Positions 52,184-63,999 of a stretch of 64,000 bases of DNA are shown here, piece after piece. Under the pieces are notes generated by a model. That model was not told the origin of the DNA. It did not search any database and saw only the letters and a list, made by a program, of their open reading frames with translations. How positions within the stretch are numbered: the first letter of the stretch is position 1; the number at the start of each line of letters is the position of its first letter. A program made the position numbers and the translations under genes. Source of the stretch: Dehalococcoidia bacterium (GTDB lineage: Bacteria > Chloroflexota > Dehalococcoidia > SM23-28-2 > RBG-16-64-32); contig CAXXTF010000001.1 in NCBI GenBank assembly GCA_963665775.2, positions 320,001-384,000 on the forward strand, given 5' to 3'.

Positions 52184-52400
52184 CCATAGCAGGACCTCAA
52201 CCCCTCACCCAGAGTAGCGTTACCCCCTTGGGTTCCTAATTCCTTATGAACGAATATGCCACACCTCATCCCCCTCTCTCCACATAATCCCCACAGCCCC
52301 GCTGTAGCCATACAGTCAGGCCTCACCACACTATCCACACACCTACGACTAATACTCCGCATCCACACTCTTCAACCACTTGCTTATAATAAGAATTACT
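52184..52400. other. Probable oriC
   Basis: DnaA-box-like CTATCCACA (52331), GCATCCACA (52359), CTCTCCACA (52276), ATCCCCACA (52287); AT-rich patch; switch from C-rich to G-rich + strand. Confidence 0.7.
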
Positions 52401-53666
52401 ATGATCGATCGTATTGATATCACAGTTACTGGCGGCAATGGGGGCGCTGGCTGTGTGAGCTTCCGGCGGGAGAAGTATGTTCCACTGGGTGGCCCTGATG
52501 GAGGTGATGGTGGGCGTGGGGGGTCAGTTCTATTGATAGTGGTGGGGTCCGTGAGAACGCTGAAGGAGATAGGCCGAAAGAGAACATATACCGCTGGGAA
52601 AGGCAGAAATGGTGCGGGGGGTAACCGTATTGGACGCGGAGGAGGGGATGTAGTGATCCAGGTGCCACGAGGCACGGAGGTATGGTGTGTGGGAGCGGAG
52701 CCAGGCGAATGGAACAGGTTAGCTGATCTTTTGGATGCGGGTCAGGTGCTCTCTGTAGCGAGAGGGGGAAGGGGGGGGTGGGGTAACGGGCGGTTCGCAA
52801 CGTCAATACATAGAGCACCCAGAATAGCCCAACGGGGGCAGGACGGTGAGCGGCGGCTACTACGGCTAGAACTCAAGCTGCTGGCGGATATCGGCCTTAT
52901 CGGCCAGCCGAATGCGGGCAAGTCAACGTTGCTGAGGTCGATGTCACAGGCTCGTCCAAAGGTGGCGGATTATCCATTCACAACGTTGGAGCCGGTGCTT
53001 GGCGTCGTGGACTGTGGTTGGCAAACGTTCGTGGCAGCGGATTTGCCGGGCTTGATTGAGGGGGCGCACAGCGGGGTCGGTCTAGGCCTCGAGTTCCTGA
53101 GGCATGTCGAGAGGACGAAAGTGATTGTGCACTTGGTCGACGGCAGTGTTGAGGAGCCGCTCCAAGGGATGGAGCTCGTCAACGAGGAGTTAAGGCGATA
53201 TGGCAAGAGGCTAGGCGACAGACGGCAAATCGTAGTGGTAAGCAAGATTGACATCTCAGAAGTGAGCGAGAGACAGGAGGAGCTGACACGGCAGTTCGCG
53301 GCGAGGAATGTAGAGCTGCTATTCGTGTCTGGTGTGACCGGTAAGGGGGTTGCTGACCTGATCCAGCGGCTTGCGGCGGTGCTCCACGAGCTGGAAGATG
53401 CGCCGACGGAGGTGAGACTAGAGGTCAAGCGACCAGCTCCCATCCAGCGTGGGGTCCAGATTCGCCGAGAGGATGACGTGTTTTGTGTGGAGGGTGAGCG
53501 GGTAGTGGTCTTCGCGGAGATGATGCCCGTAGAGGAGGAGGAGGGGAGAGCCGAGCTGTGGCGAAGGCTGAAGAGGTGGGGAGTAAACAGCGCCCTGCGT
53601 CGGGCGGGAGCGAAGCCGGGGGACCGCGTGCGACTGGGTGCGGTCGAGCTGGAGTACTTGGGGTGA
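52401..53666 (+). CDS. obgE: GTPase ObgE
   Basis: SFRREKYVPLGGPDGGDGG, GQPNAGKS, DYPFTT, DLPGLIEGA. Confidence 0.96.
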   Translation: MIDRIDITVTGGNGGAGCVSFRREKYVPLGGPDGGDGGRGGSVLLIVVGSVRTLKEIGRKRTYTAGKGRNGAGGNRIGRGGGDVVIQVPRGTEVWCVGAEPGEWNRLADLLDAGQVLSVARGGRGGWGNGRFATSIHRAPRIAQRGQDGERRLLRLELKLLADIGLIGQPNAGKSTLLRSMSQARPKVADYPFTTLEPVLGVVDCGWQTFVAADLPGLIEGAHSGVGLGLEFLRHVERTKVIVHLVDGSVEEPLQGMELVNEELRRYGKRLGDRRQIVVVSKIDISEVSERQEELTRQFAARNVELLFVSGVTGKGVADLIQRLAAVLHELEDAPTEVRLEVKRPAPIQRGVQIRREDDVFCVEGERVVVFAEMMPVEEEEGRAELWRRLKRWGVNSALRRAGAKPGDRVRLGAVELEYLG

Positions 53667-54256
53667 GGCTAGGTATTCTGGGGGGAACCTTTGATCCGGT
53701 TCATCTGGGACACCTGGTTCTGGCAACGATGGCCGGCGAGCAGCTCTCCTTGGATCGGGTGCTGTTCGTCCCGGCGGGTCAGTCCTGGCGGAAGGCGGGG
53801 CGGCCTGTCGCGTCCGCGGAGCACCGGCTCCAGATGTTACGGCTGGCGACCGCGCACAACTCCGGCTTCGACGTTGTTCCCGTAGAGCTGGAACGGCCGG
53901 GCCCTTCCTACACGGTCGATACCCTGAAGTGGTTTCGGGAGCAGCAGGCCACCGCAGAGCTGTTCTTCATCGTGGGGCAGGACGCCCTGGCTGACCTGCC
54001 GAGCTGGCATCAGCCGGGCCAAATCCTGGAGCTGGCGGGTCTAGCTGTGGCGCACCGGCCCGGAGTGGAAGGTAGCCTGGAGCAGGCTGGTATCTCCCTG
54101 CCGATGCTTGAGGGACGTGTGGAATGGGTAACGATGCCACAGATTGAGATAAGCGCTACGATGATAAGGGAGCGAGTGAAGGATCGCCTTCCGATCCGGT
54201 ACCTCGTGCTGGATACGGTCGAGGCCTACATCCGTGAGCACGGGCTTTACCGATAG
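53663..54256 (+). CDS. nadD: Nicotinate-nucleotide adenylyltransferase
   Basis: GGTFDPVHLGH, SYTVDTL, ISATMIR; GTGA overlap with obgE. Confidence 0.95.
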   Translation: MRLGILGGTFDPVHLGHLVLATMAGEQLSLDRVLFVPAGQSWRKAGRPVASAEHRLQMLRLATAHNSGFDVVPVELERPGPSYTVDTLKWFREQQATAELFFIVGQDALADLPSWHQPGQILELAGLAVAHRPGVEGSLEQAGISLPMLEGRVEWVTMPQIEISATMIRERVKDRLPIRYLVLDTVEAYIREHGLYR

Positions 54257-54274
54257 TCCGGGGCTGGCTCCGAT

Positions 54275-54718
54275 TCAGATGACGTAGGTCAGCCGGACCT
54301 GAGCCGCCCGCTGAGCCGCCCAGTCGGCCATGTCGGTCAGCTCCCGTAGCCGCTCTGGTAGCTCCGGGAAGTCAGTCGTGATTGCGCTCAGCTCCGGCTG
54401 CTCCTCAATCGCCCCGGCTACCTGTCGGGCGCACTCAGCGAGGGGAGCTGCCTCCTGCCAGACGTCCGCCAGCAGCCGCTCGTCGTCGTCGTTCTCGGCG
54501 CGCGCGTCGGCGAAGGTGAGGAGGGGTGAGAGGTTGAGGTGGAGTCGGCGCTTCATGATGGAGGCGGCCCTGGAGAGGGGATGGTCGGCCCCGTAGCGCT
54601 CCGAATGGGCGAAGGAGATGAAGTAGACCAGATCCGCGCTATCCCCCATGAAATCTATGGGGCACTCTTCGTCGTCGGTGGTCTCGACGATGAGGATGGT
54701 AGGGGATGGCTGCGTCAT
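54275..54718 (-). CDS. Hypothetical protein
   Basis: 147 aa ORF, GAGAGG RBS, host-like codon usage, directly after gyrB. Confidence 0.7.
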   Translation of the reverse strand: MTQPSPTILIVETTDDEECPIDFMGDSADLVYFISFAHSERYGADHPLSRAASIMKRRLHLNLSPLLTFADARAENDDDERLLADVWQEAAPLAECARQVAGAIEEQPELSAITTDFPELPERLRELTDMADWAAQRAAQVRLTYVI

Positions 54719-54746
54719 TCCGCCTCTCGTTCAGGGCTGGAGCGGA

Positions 54747-56690
<1,944 letters not shown>

Positions 56691-56952
56691 CTATCATATC
56701 TGAACGTATTTGGCATGCCTCACGTTAACTGAGTGCTCCCTGAGTGATCTCCTCCGGCCCGCGCTGGCGAGTTCAGCCTGGAGATCGACGAGGTGAGGAA
56801 GGGTGATCGGGTGGTCAGACCCGGCGGTTATTCGGCCGCCGGAGGGAGCGCAGCTGACCCTCCGCCTGCCCAGGGGCGCATAGAGATCGCAACTTCGCTG
56901 CCGGTAATCCATCGTTGGGCTCTCCGCCGGCGTATGACTAGGGGAGGATACC

Positions 56953-57138
56953 GTGTCTGATTCGTCGCCAGAGGCCGACTTGCGGCCCTCCTGGAGCCGG
57001 GCTGCCCTCATCGCCTTCCTGATAGTAGTTGTGATCCTGCCCGTAGCGGTGGGCATCAACGCGGTCATCGGCAGCACGATTCACTGGGATATGGTCTCTC
57101 TCGTGGCTGCGGTGGCTTCCTGGGCCTCACGCTGGTGA
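56953..57138 (+). CDS. Small two-TM hypothetical protein
   Basis: GGAGG RBS, 61 aa hydrophobic ORF. Confidence 0.4.
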   Translation: MSDSSPEADLRPSWSRAALIAFLIVVVILPVAVGINAVIGSTIHWDMVSLVAAVASWASRW

Positions 57139-57253
57139 TCCGCTACTCGCGCTGATAGCGGCGCCACCTCGCATGGCGGAGGCGCTGCCGATTCGCCTAT
57201 AATGGGGGGCACGAGCAGGATAAGCGCGTCGCGGCGCGCCTGTGCCGACAATC

Positions 57254-57784
57254 ATGCTGGATCGCCTCCGTCGCCTTTTCGCCCGTGAGCACGAGCGGTT
57301 CGCGGAGCTGGCGGAGATCACGCTCAGGCCCATCGGCGTGGTCCGCAACCGGGTCCGGCAGCCCATGCCCTCGGGCTGGCGGGAGGTCACCTCCCGCATC
57401 GTCGTGCGCCCGGAGGTGGAGGGTGCCCTCCTTGGGCTGGACGCCTACTCGCACATCCTGGTCCTGTTCTGGCCTCACCTGGTGGCGGAGGATGTGCGCG
57501 GCTCCAAGCAGCGCCTGCACCCCCTGGACGACCCCCAGTACCCTCTACAGGGTGTTCTGGCTACCCGCAGTCAGATACGATTCAATCCCCTCCTGGTCAG
57601 CGCTGTACCCCTGCTAGGGGTGAGGCGCAACGTCCTTCAAGTGCGCGGCCTTGATGCTGTGGACGGGACACCGGTGCTGGACGTCAAGCCGTACATCCCC
57701 CACTACGATGCGGTGGCCGATGCTCAGGTGCCCCAATGGGTGCTGGAGCGGGCGGAAGGGCCGCCGCCAGCACCGCAACGCTGA
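57254..57784 (+). CDS. tsaA: TrmO/TsaA-like SAM-binding methyltransferase
   Basis: PIGVV, GLDAYSH, GVLATRS..RFNP, GLDAVDGTPVLDVKPY. Confidence 0.85.
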   Translation: MLDRLRRLFAREHERFAELAEITLRPIGVVRNRVRQPMPSGWREVTSRIVVRPEVEGALLGLDAYSHILVLFWPHLVAEDVRGSKQRLHPLDDPQYPLQGVLATRSQIRFNPLLVSAVPLLGVRRNVLQVRGLDAVDGTPVLDVKPYIPHYDAVADAQVPQWVLERAEGPPPAPQR

Positions 57785-57795
57785 GAGATGGAGCG

Positions 57796-58479
57796 GTGAC
57801 CTGTCGCGAACGTCTTCTCGATATATACGAGCGGCTGTACGCGGTTCACGGGCCCCAGCGCTGGTGGCCGGGGGAGACGCCGTTCGAGGTTATCGTAGGG
57901 GCGATCCTTACTCAGTCCACGGCCTGGCGCAATGTCGAGGGGGCCATCACTAATCTAAAGGCGGCCGGAGCGCTTTCGCCGGAGGGGCTGAGCCGCCTCA
58001 GTGAGGGGGAACTGGCCCGCCTCATCTATCCCAGCGGCTACTTCAATGACAAGGCCCGGAAGCTTAAGGCTTTTCTGGCGCTGCTGTCTGAGCGGTTCCA
58101 GGGCGATCTCGAGGCGCTGCTGGCGTCCCCTAGCGAGGCGCTACGACCCCTGCTCCGGGCTACCCACGGGATCGGGCCGGAGACAGCCGACTCGATTCTG
58201 CTGTACGCCGCTGGACGGCCGGCCTTCGTCGTGGACGCCTATACGCGGCGGCTCTTCTCCAGGCTGGAACTGGCACCCCAGAGGGACACCTATGAAGGGT
58301 GGCAGCGGCTGTTCATGGACGCCCTGCCGCCGGAGGCGCCGCTGTTCAACGAGTACCACGGTCTGATCGTGCGCCACGGCAAGGAGGTGTGCCGCCGGCG
58401 GCCTCTATGTACGGAGTGTCCCCTCCTTGCCGTGTGCCCGGCAGGCCGGGCGCAGGTCGCCGGAGCGGGCAGCCAATAG
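57796..58479 (+). CDS. Endonuclease III-related HhH-GPD protein
   Basis: WWPGETPFEVIVGAILTQ, GIGPETAD, CRRRPLCTECPLLAVC. Confidence 0.9.
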   Translation: MTCRERLLDIYERLYAVHGPQRWWPGETPFEVIVGAILTQSTAWRNVEGAITNLKAAGALSPEGLSRLSEGELARLIYPSGYFNDKARKLKAFLALLSERFQGDLEALLASPSEALRPLLRATHGIGPETADSILLYAAGRPAFVVDAYTRRLFSRLELAPQRDTYEGWQRLFMDALPPEAPLFNEYHGLIVRHGKEVCRRRPLCTECPLLAVCPAGRAQVAGAGSQ

Positions 58480-58543
58480 CAGGTGTAACAGCAGGCGCCG
58501 TATTGCGTCTACATATACAGTCCCAAACCCTCCCTTTTGGGCG

Positions 58544-58586
58544 CATCACAGGAAAGCTCCGGCAGGCTTTCCTGTGATGTCTTTTT
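58544..58586 (+). terminator. Intrinsic terminator between convergent genes
   Basis: CATCACAGGAAAGC-loop-GCTTTCCTGTGATG followed by TCTTTTT. Confidence 0.75.
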
Positions 58587-58627
58587 GGGGCCATAGCGCA
58601 CTGCCCGCGAAGACGCCGGGCGGTGCG

Positions 58628-59980
58628 TCAGTCGATCCCCAGCTGCCGCTTGAAGTCCGGGTCCAGGGCGGCCAGGGCGCCCATCTCTAGAAGCGTTTCG
58701 AGGGGCCACTCGAGGTCCGTGCGTATAGCCTCGATGGGAGCTTCGAACAGGGGCGTATCGCCGATAGCCTTCTCCGCTTCGAGGTCGGCGAGCTCTTCGT
58801 CGCTTAGGCCGAGAAGCCCCTGGAGCACCTCGCGGTTGTGCTCCCCCAGCTTCGGGGCTGGGCCGCGGCTGGCCGCCTCGAAGGCGGAGAAGCGGGCGCC
58901 GAGCTGCCTGGGAACAGGCCTGGGCCCGATGCCGGGCTGATCGATCGTCTCGAAGTGGTCGCGCTCTCGCAGGTGTGGGTTCAGGAGGACCTGCTTGGGG
59001 TCCAGGACGGCGGCGGCGATGATCCCGGCTCCCTGGAGGAGGCTCATCGCCTCGATATGGTCCTGCTGGCGGGTCCAGGCGGCGATGAGTTCGTCCAACT
59101 GGTCGTGGTGGCGGAGGCGGCCCAGGACATCGCCGAAGCGCTCGTCCTCGGCCCACTGGGGCTGGTCACTGGCGTCGCAGAAGGCCCGCCATTCGGCGTC
59201 GCCACGGATGGTGAGGACGAGCCAGCGGTCATCGCCGCGGCAGGGGTAGCAGCCCTGCGGAGCGAACCAGGGGCTGCGGTTGCCCCGGCGCGAGGGGAGG
59301 CGCTGGTTGAGGATGTAGTCCATGAGGGCGTAGCCGACGACCGGGATAGCCGCTTCCTGCTCCGAGAGGTCGATGTACTGGCCCTTGCCGGTGCGGCGGC
59401 GGTAGTGGAGGGCGGTCAGGACGGCCCCTGCCCCCAGGATGCCGCTATAGGGGTCGGTGAAGGAGATGCCGGTGCGTGCGGGATCGCCGCCGGGGTAGCC
59501 GGTCAGTGAGGAGATGCCGGAGGCGGGCTCCAGCCCCATGCCGTAGGCGGAGTAATCGCGCCAGGGGCCGTCCTGGCCGTAGCCGGAGAGGCTGATCATG
59601 ATGAGGTCCGGCTTGATGCGACGAAGGGATTGGTAGTCGAGGCCGTGCTGGGCCATGACGCGCGGGGTAAAGCTCTCCACGACCACGTCGGCGTGGGGGA
59701 CGAGCCGTTTGAACAGCGCCACGGCTTGTGGGGTGGCGAAGTCCAGGGTGAGGGACTTCTTGCCGGCGTTGCGATAGAGGAAATAGCCCATCCGGTTCCA
59801 GAAGTCGCCCTCGGCGTTGTTATCGGCGATGACGAGGCCGCGGGTGACGTCGACCCGCTTGAGGCCCTCGATCTTGATGACCTCGGCGCCCAGGTTGCCG
59901 AGGATGCGGGTGCAGGTGGGCCCAGCGTAGACCTGGGCCAGGTCCAGGACGCGGACACCGGAGAGGGGGAGGTCAGACAT
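58628..59980 (-). CDS. CaiB/BaiF family (class III) CoA transferase
   Basis: [35 protein letters not shown]; ATG 59980. Confidence 0.92.
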   Translation of the reverse strand: MSDLPLSGVRVLDLAQVYAGPTCTRILGNLGAEVIKIEGLKRVDVTRGLVIADNNAEGDFWNRMGYFLYRNAGKKSLTLDFATPQAVALFKRLVPHADVVVESFTPRVMAQHGLDYQSLRRIKPDLIMISLSGYGQDGPWRDYSAYGMGLEPASGISSLTGYPGGDPARTGISFTDPYSGILGAGAVLTALHYRRRTGKGQYIDLSEQEAAIPVVGYALMDYILNQRLPSRRGNRSPWFAPQGCYPCRGDDRWLVLTIRGDAEWRAFCDASDQPQWAEDERFGDVLGRLRHHDQLDELIAAWTRQQDHIEAMSLLQGAGIIAAAVLDPKQVLLNPHLRERDHFETIDQPGIGPRPVPRQLGARFSAFEAASRGPAPKLGEHNREVLQGLLGLSDEELADLEAEKAIGDTPLFEAPIEAIRTDLEWPLETLLEMGALAALDPDFKRQLGID

Positions 59981-61179
59981 CAGGTGATCCCCCGCTCGCG
60001 CAGAATAACCGTGTCTTCCGGGCTGTAGTCCAGCTCCAGGAGGAGTTCCTGGGTATGCTGGCCCAGGAGGGGAGCGGCCCCGTGGCGCAGGGGTGTCTCG
60101 CTCATCCGAAAAGGGGGGCCGGCCAGGGGTAGGCGGCCCAGTTCCGGCTGCTCGATCTCCCGGAAGAATTCGCGCTCCTTCAGGTGCGCATTCTGGAGGA
60201 GCGTCTTCGGGTCGAGGACGGCGGCGAAGGGCATGCGGAGCTCTTGGGCGCGGGTCAGGATCTCCTGCCAGTCGTGCTCCAGCAGATAGGGGCGGGCGAT
60301 CTCCTCGAACTGGCGCCACTCGATGGCACGCATCCATAGGTTCTGGAACAGAATCAGCTGTTCCAGAACCGGCTGCTCCAGGAGAATGGCCATTCCGGTG
60401 GGGAAGCCGCTGACGCCGCCTATGACAACGATGTGGCCGTCCTTGCAGGGGAAGATGTCGGCTGGGTAGGCCGCGACGTGATGTCGTGAGTAGAAGCGCT
60501 TGCGGACGGCGCCCAGGAAGGAGTACATGGTGGTGTTGTACTCGTCGGCGGCGCCCATCGACTCCAGCATCGAGACGTCCAGGTGCTGGCCCTGGCCGGT
60601 GCTCTCCCGGTGCTCCAGGGCGGCGAGGACGGCCACCCAGCCGTTAAGGGCTGCGAAGTACTCGGCCGGCTCGCCGCCGGTGCAGAGGGGCTCTTTGTCC
60701 GGGTCGCCGGTGACGTACATGAGGCCGGAGAGGGCCATGCAGGCCAGGGAGTTGCCCACGAAGTCTCGGTAGGGCCCGGTCTGGCCGAAGGGGGTGATGG
60801 AGCAATAGACGAGCTGCGGAAATTCGGACTTCAGGTCGTCGTAGCCCAGATCGAGGCCGGCGAGATGGCCGGGCGCATCGTTCTCAACCAGGACATCGGC
60901 CTTGGCCAAGAGCTTGCGGAGGACGACGCGGCCGCTTTGGGTCTGGAGGTCCAGGGTGATGCCCTTCTTGCTGGCGTTGAGGTGGACGAAGAGGCCGGCC
61001 CTATCGGGGTCGGGTATATCGTCTGGGAAGGGACCCAGGTTGCGGGCGTAGTCCCCCCCGGGCGGCTCGACCTTGATCACATCCGCGCCCGAGTCGGCCA
61101 GGAGACGGGTGCAGTAGGGGCCGGCGATCCCCTGGCTGAGGTCGATTACGCGGAGCCCCTCAAGGGCGAGGTCTGACAT
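59980..61179 (-). CDS. CaiB/BaiF family (class III) CoA transferase
   Basis: LEGLRVIDL..AGPYC, GADVIKVEPP, NASKK, APLLGQHT. Confidence 0.92.
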   Translation of the reverse strand: MSDLALEGLRVIDLSQGIAGPYCTRLLADSGADVIKVEPPGGDYARNLGPFPDDIPDPDRAGLFVHLNASKKGITLDLQTQSGRVVLRKLLAKADVLVENDAPGHLAGLDLGYDDLKSEFPQLVYCSITPFGQTGPYRDFVGNSLACMALSGLMYVTGDPDKEPLCTGGEPAEYFAALNGWVAVLAALEHRESTGQGQHLDVSMLESMGAADEYNTTMYSFLGAVRKRFYSRHHVAAYPADIFPCKDGHIVVIGGVSGFPTGMAILLEQPVLEQLILFQNLWMRAIEWRQFEEIARPYLLEHDWQEILTRAQELRMPFAAVLDPKTLLQNAHLKEREFFREIEQPELGRLPLAGPPFRMSETPLRHGAAPLLGQHTQELLLELDYSPEDTVILRERGIT

Positions 61180-61344
61180 GGGTTGTTCTCCTCAAGTGAG
61201 GCAGTTTCGAGGGAGATGATACTATAGGGAAGCGGCAACCCGGAACACGGCTACCCAATCTGGGGGAAGATGCGGCCTCCCGCCCCCGGTTTCTTGTTCG
61301 CAGTTGCTTTGCTACAATGCGGGTCGCTGGAGGTATGCCTGACC

Positions 61345-62118
61345 GTGCGCAGTCTGTCCCTGGAGAAGCGAGGCCGCATCGCCCATCTGCTGTTGAGGAG
61401 GCCCGAGAAGCGGAACGCAATCGACGGCGCGATGCTGCGGGAGTTGGCTGACGCCTGCGAGGCGATGAGCGGAGACGAGGAGATATGGGCAGTGATCGTG
61501 AGGGGAGAGGGGTCGGTCTTCTCCTGTGGCTGGGACAGGGAAGCCCTGGCCGGGGACGACCCCCTGGCGGCGGCCGGTCGCCAAGGGCTGTCGAACGACC
61601 CCTTCGGCTGCCTGGCGGAGCTATTACGACCGGTCATATGTGCCATGAATGGTGATGCCTTGGGTGCTGGACTGGAGCTTGCCCTGGCCTGCGACATCCG
61701 TGTGGCGGCGGAGGAGGCGCGAATGGGCCTGCCGGAGACGGCGATGGGGATGGTCCCGATGGGGGGCGGCACCCAGCGACTGCCCCGACAGGTGGGTCGG
61801 GGGAAGGCGCTGGAGATGATCCTGACGGCCGAAACCATCAGCGCGCAGGAGGCGCTCCGTACCGGCCTGGTGAGCGCTGTCGTGCCGCGAGATAAGCTCG
61901 AGGCCGAGACGGACGCGATCGCTCGGCGGATAGCGGAGCGGGGGCCGCTGGCGGTGCGCTATGCCAAGGAGGCGGTGCGGCGAGGGATGGAGATGCCCCT
62001 GGAGCAGGCGCTCCGCTATGAGACGGATCTGACGGTTATCATGCAGACTACGGAGGACCGGGCTGAGGGAGTGCGGGCCTTCTTGGAGAAGAGGAAACCG
62101 GAGTTCCACGGACGTTAA
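61345..62118 (+). CDS. Enoyl-CoA hydratase/isomerase family protein
   Basis: RPEKRNAI, GAGLELALACDIR, GLPE..PMGGGTQRLPR; start uncertain. Confidence 0.9.
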   Translation: MRSLSLEKRGRIAHLLLRRPEKRNAIDGAMLRELADACEAMSGDEEIWAVIVRGEGSVFSCGWDREALAGDDPLAAAGRQGLSNDPFGCLAELLRPVICAMNGDALGAGLELALACDIRVAAEEARMGLPETAMGMVPMGGGTQRLPRQVGRGKALEMILTAETISAQEALRTGLVSAVVPRDKLEAETDAIARRIAERGPLAVRYAKEAVRRGMEMPLEQALRYETDLTVIMQTTEDRAEGVRAFLEKRKPEFHGR

Positions 62119-62141
62119 TTCAGAGTCGGAGGTAGTAGCGA

Positions 62142-62414
62142 ATGCAAGTCATACTGGAGCCGGACGAGGCGGCGACGGTGATGTCCGCCGTGACCTCGAC
62201 GGTCATCGATCAGAGCGGAATCTCGCAGGGCGGCAAGCAGGCGATTCGCCGCTGGCGCAGCGACAGGCCCCCAGGGTCGGTGCCGATGGGAGAGCTTACG
62301 GAGGCTATCAACGGGGCACTGGAATCGCTCGTCGATACGAAGACGAATCGGACGGTGCGGAGGAAGGGGCGGCACATGTCATCGCGGGAACTGGCTAGCC
62401 GCCGCCGCGGATAG
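62142..62414 (+). CDS. Small hypothetical protein (paralog of the next gene)
   Basis: GGAGG RBS; shares the IxRWRS..GS..MxELT..N motif. Confidence 0.75.
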   Translation: MQVILEPDEAATVMSAVTSTVIDQSGISQGGKQAIRRWRSDRPPGSVPMGELTEAINGALESLVDTKTNRTVRRKGRHMSSRELASRRRG

Positions 62415-62424
62415 AGGAGGCCCC

Positions 62425-62664
62425 ATGAAGTTGGAACTGACACCGGAAGAGTCGCGCGAGATGCTGGATGCCGTCGTGGACACCCTGATCGAGGAGGTCG
62501 AGATGTCTGATGGGGATCTGGCGACGATCAAGCGTTGGCGGAGCGAAACCATGAAGATAGGTTCGGAGAGGATGCGCGAGCTAACCGATAAGATGAACTC
62601 TGACCTGGAACGAGTGCTGCGCACCAAGGAGAAGAGCGCCGTCCGCAAGCCGGACTGGACGTAG
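62425..62664 (+). CDS. Small hypothetical protein (paralog of the previous gene)
   Basis: AGGAGG RBS; IKRWRSETMKIGSERMRELTDKMN. Confidence 0.78.
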   Translation: MKLELTPEESREMLDAVVDTLIEEVEMSDGDLATIKRWRSETMKIGSERMRELTDKMNSDLERVLRTKEKSAVRKPDWT

Positions 62665-62684
62665 CGAGGCAGGGGGCGGGAGAG

Positions 62685-63476
62685 ACGAGTAGCGCCTTCG
62701 AGAGCATAGTCTACGAGAAGCGGGACGACGGCGTTGCCTGGGTGACGCTGAACCGACCGCAGCTGCTCAACGCCATCGACATGCGGATGCGGGATGAGCT
62801 CTGGGAGGTAACGCACGCCGTTCGAGATGATCCCGGTGTGCGGGTGGTGATCTTCAGAGGGGCGGGGGAGAGGGCGTTCTCTGCGGGGGCGGACATCGCT
62901 GAGTTCGGGACGGCACCGTCCTATGTGGAGTCCCGACGCGCCCGTCGTGAGCGTGACCTCTGGGGGTTCATCCTCTCCCTGGAGAAGCCGCTGTTGGCCG
63001 CCATTCAGGGTTACGCCCTGGGGGCGGGGATCGAGTTGCCGATGTGCTGTGACCTCCGTATCGCCTCTGAGGACGCGCTCCTTGGTCTGCCGGAGGTGGG
63101 TCTGGGCTATATCCCGTCTGCCGGGGGAACCCAGACGCTGCCGCGGCACCTGCCGCCCGGCGTGGCGATGCAGATGATCCTGACCGGGGATCCCATCGAT
63201 GCGGCGACGGCGCTGCGCTACGGCTTGGTGCAGCGGGTGGTGCCGCGGCAGCAGTTGTACGGGGAGGCGGAGGCGCTGGCGCGAGTGCTGTTGTCGCGGG
63301 GTCCGCTGGCCCTGCGGCTGGCGAAGCGAGCGGTGCGGGAGGGGCTGGAGATGCCCCTGGCGGAAGGGCTGGCCCTGGAATCGCGGCTGGCGGCGCGGGC
63401 GTTGGCCAGCGCCGATGCGCGCGAAGGGCTGGCGGCGGCGCTGGCGGGTCGAGAGCCGCAGTTCGTGGAGGCGTGA
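62685..63476 (+). CDS. Enoyl-CoA hydratase/isomerase family protein (start uncertain: ACG 62685 or GTG 62742)
   Basis: VAWVTLNRP..LNAI, AFSAGADI, GAGIEL..CDLR, GLPE..GGTQ. Confidence 0.9.
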   Translation, partial: TSSAFESIVYEKRDDGVAWVTLNRPQLLNAIDMRMRDELWEVTHAVRDDPGVRVVIFRGAGERAFSAGADIAEFGTAPSYVESRRARRERDLWGFILSLEKPLLAAIQGYALGAGIELPMCCDLRIASEDALLGLPEVGLGYIPSAGGTQTLPRHLPPGVAMQMILTGDPIDAATALRYGLVQRVVPRQQLYGEAEALARVLLSRGPLALRLAKRAVREGLEMPLAEGLALESRLAARALASADAREGLAAALAGREPQFVEA

Positions 63477-63477
63477 C

Positions 63478-63999
63478 GTGGGCAGCATACCGGTAGCAAA
63501 GTCTTCGCCGCCGCATCGCCTCACGCTGTCCCGCCGGGCGATCGCCGTGACGGCGATGGCGGCGGCGTTCGGGCTGCTCGCCGTGGTGGCGCTCTTCGCC
63601 TGGCCAACCGGTTCCAACGAGGTCGTCAGGCCGCCGCAATGGGTCGGCGTTGGCCAGGTCGAGGACTTCGCTCCGGGCAGCGTGACGACTTTTCAGGAGG
63701 CGGAGTTCCACCTGGTACGGCTGCCGGACGGCGAGTTTCTGGCCCTGTCTAGCAAGGACCCGCACCTGGGCTGCACCGTTCCCTGGAAGCCGGAATTCCA
63801 GACCATGGGCCAAAAGGGCTGGTTCCGCAACCCCTGCCATGGCGAGACGTACGACCTCGCGGGGCGCCACATCTTCGGCCCCGGTCCGCGCGGGCTGGAC
63901 CGCTTTCCGGTGACCGTTGTGGGGGGTGCTGTACGGGTGAATGTGAACGAGCTAATCCTGGGGCCACCGGCACGCTCAGGAGTCGAGCCGGTGAACCCC
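63478..63999 (+). CDS. Rieske-fold membrane-anchored protein with atypical motifs; 3' end off the window
   Basis: Manual translation: LSRRA + TM, DPHLGCTVPW, WFRNPCHGETYD, GPGPRGLDRF. Confidence 0.85.
   Translation, partial: MGSIPVAKSSPPHRLTLSRRAIAVTAMAAAFGLLAVVALFAWPTGSNEVVRPPQWVGVGQVEDFAPGSVTTFQEAEFHLVRLPDGEFLALSSKDPHLGCTVPWKPEFQTMGQKGWFRNPCHGETYDLAGRHIFGPGPRGLDRFPVTVVGGAVRVNVNELILGPPARSGVEPVNP

Noticed and set aside
59981-60337. N-terminal extension of the 569 aa CoA transferase ORF
   Set aside because: It overlaps the upstream CoA transferase; family similarity begins at ATG 59980
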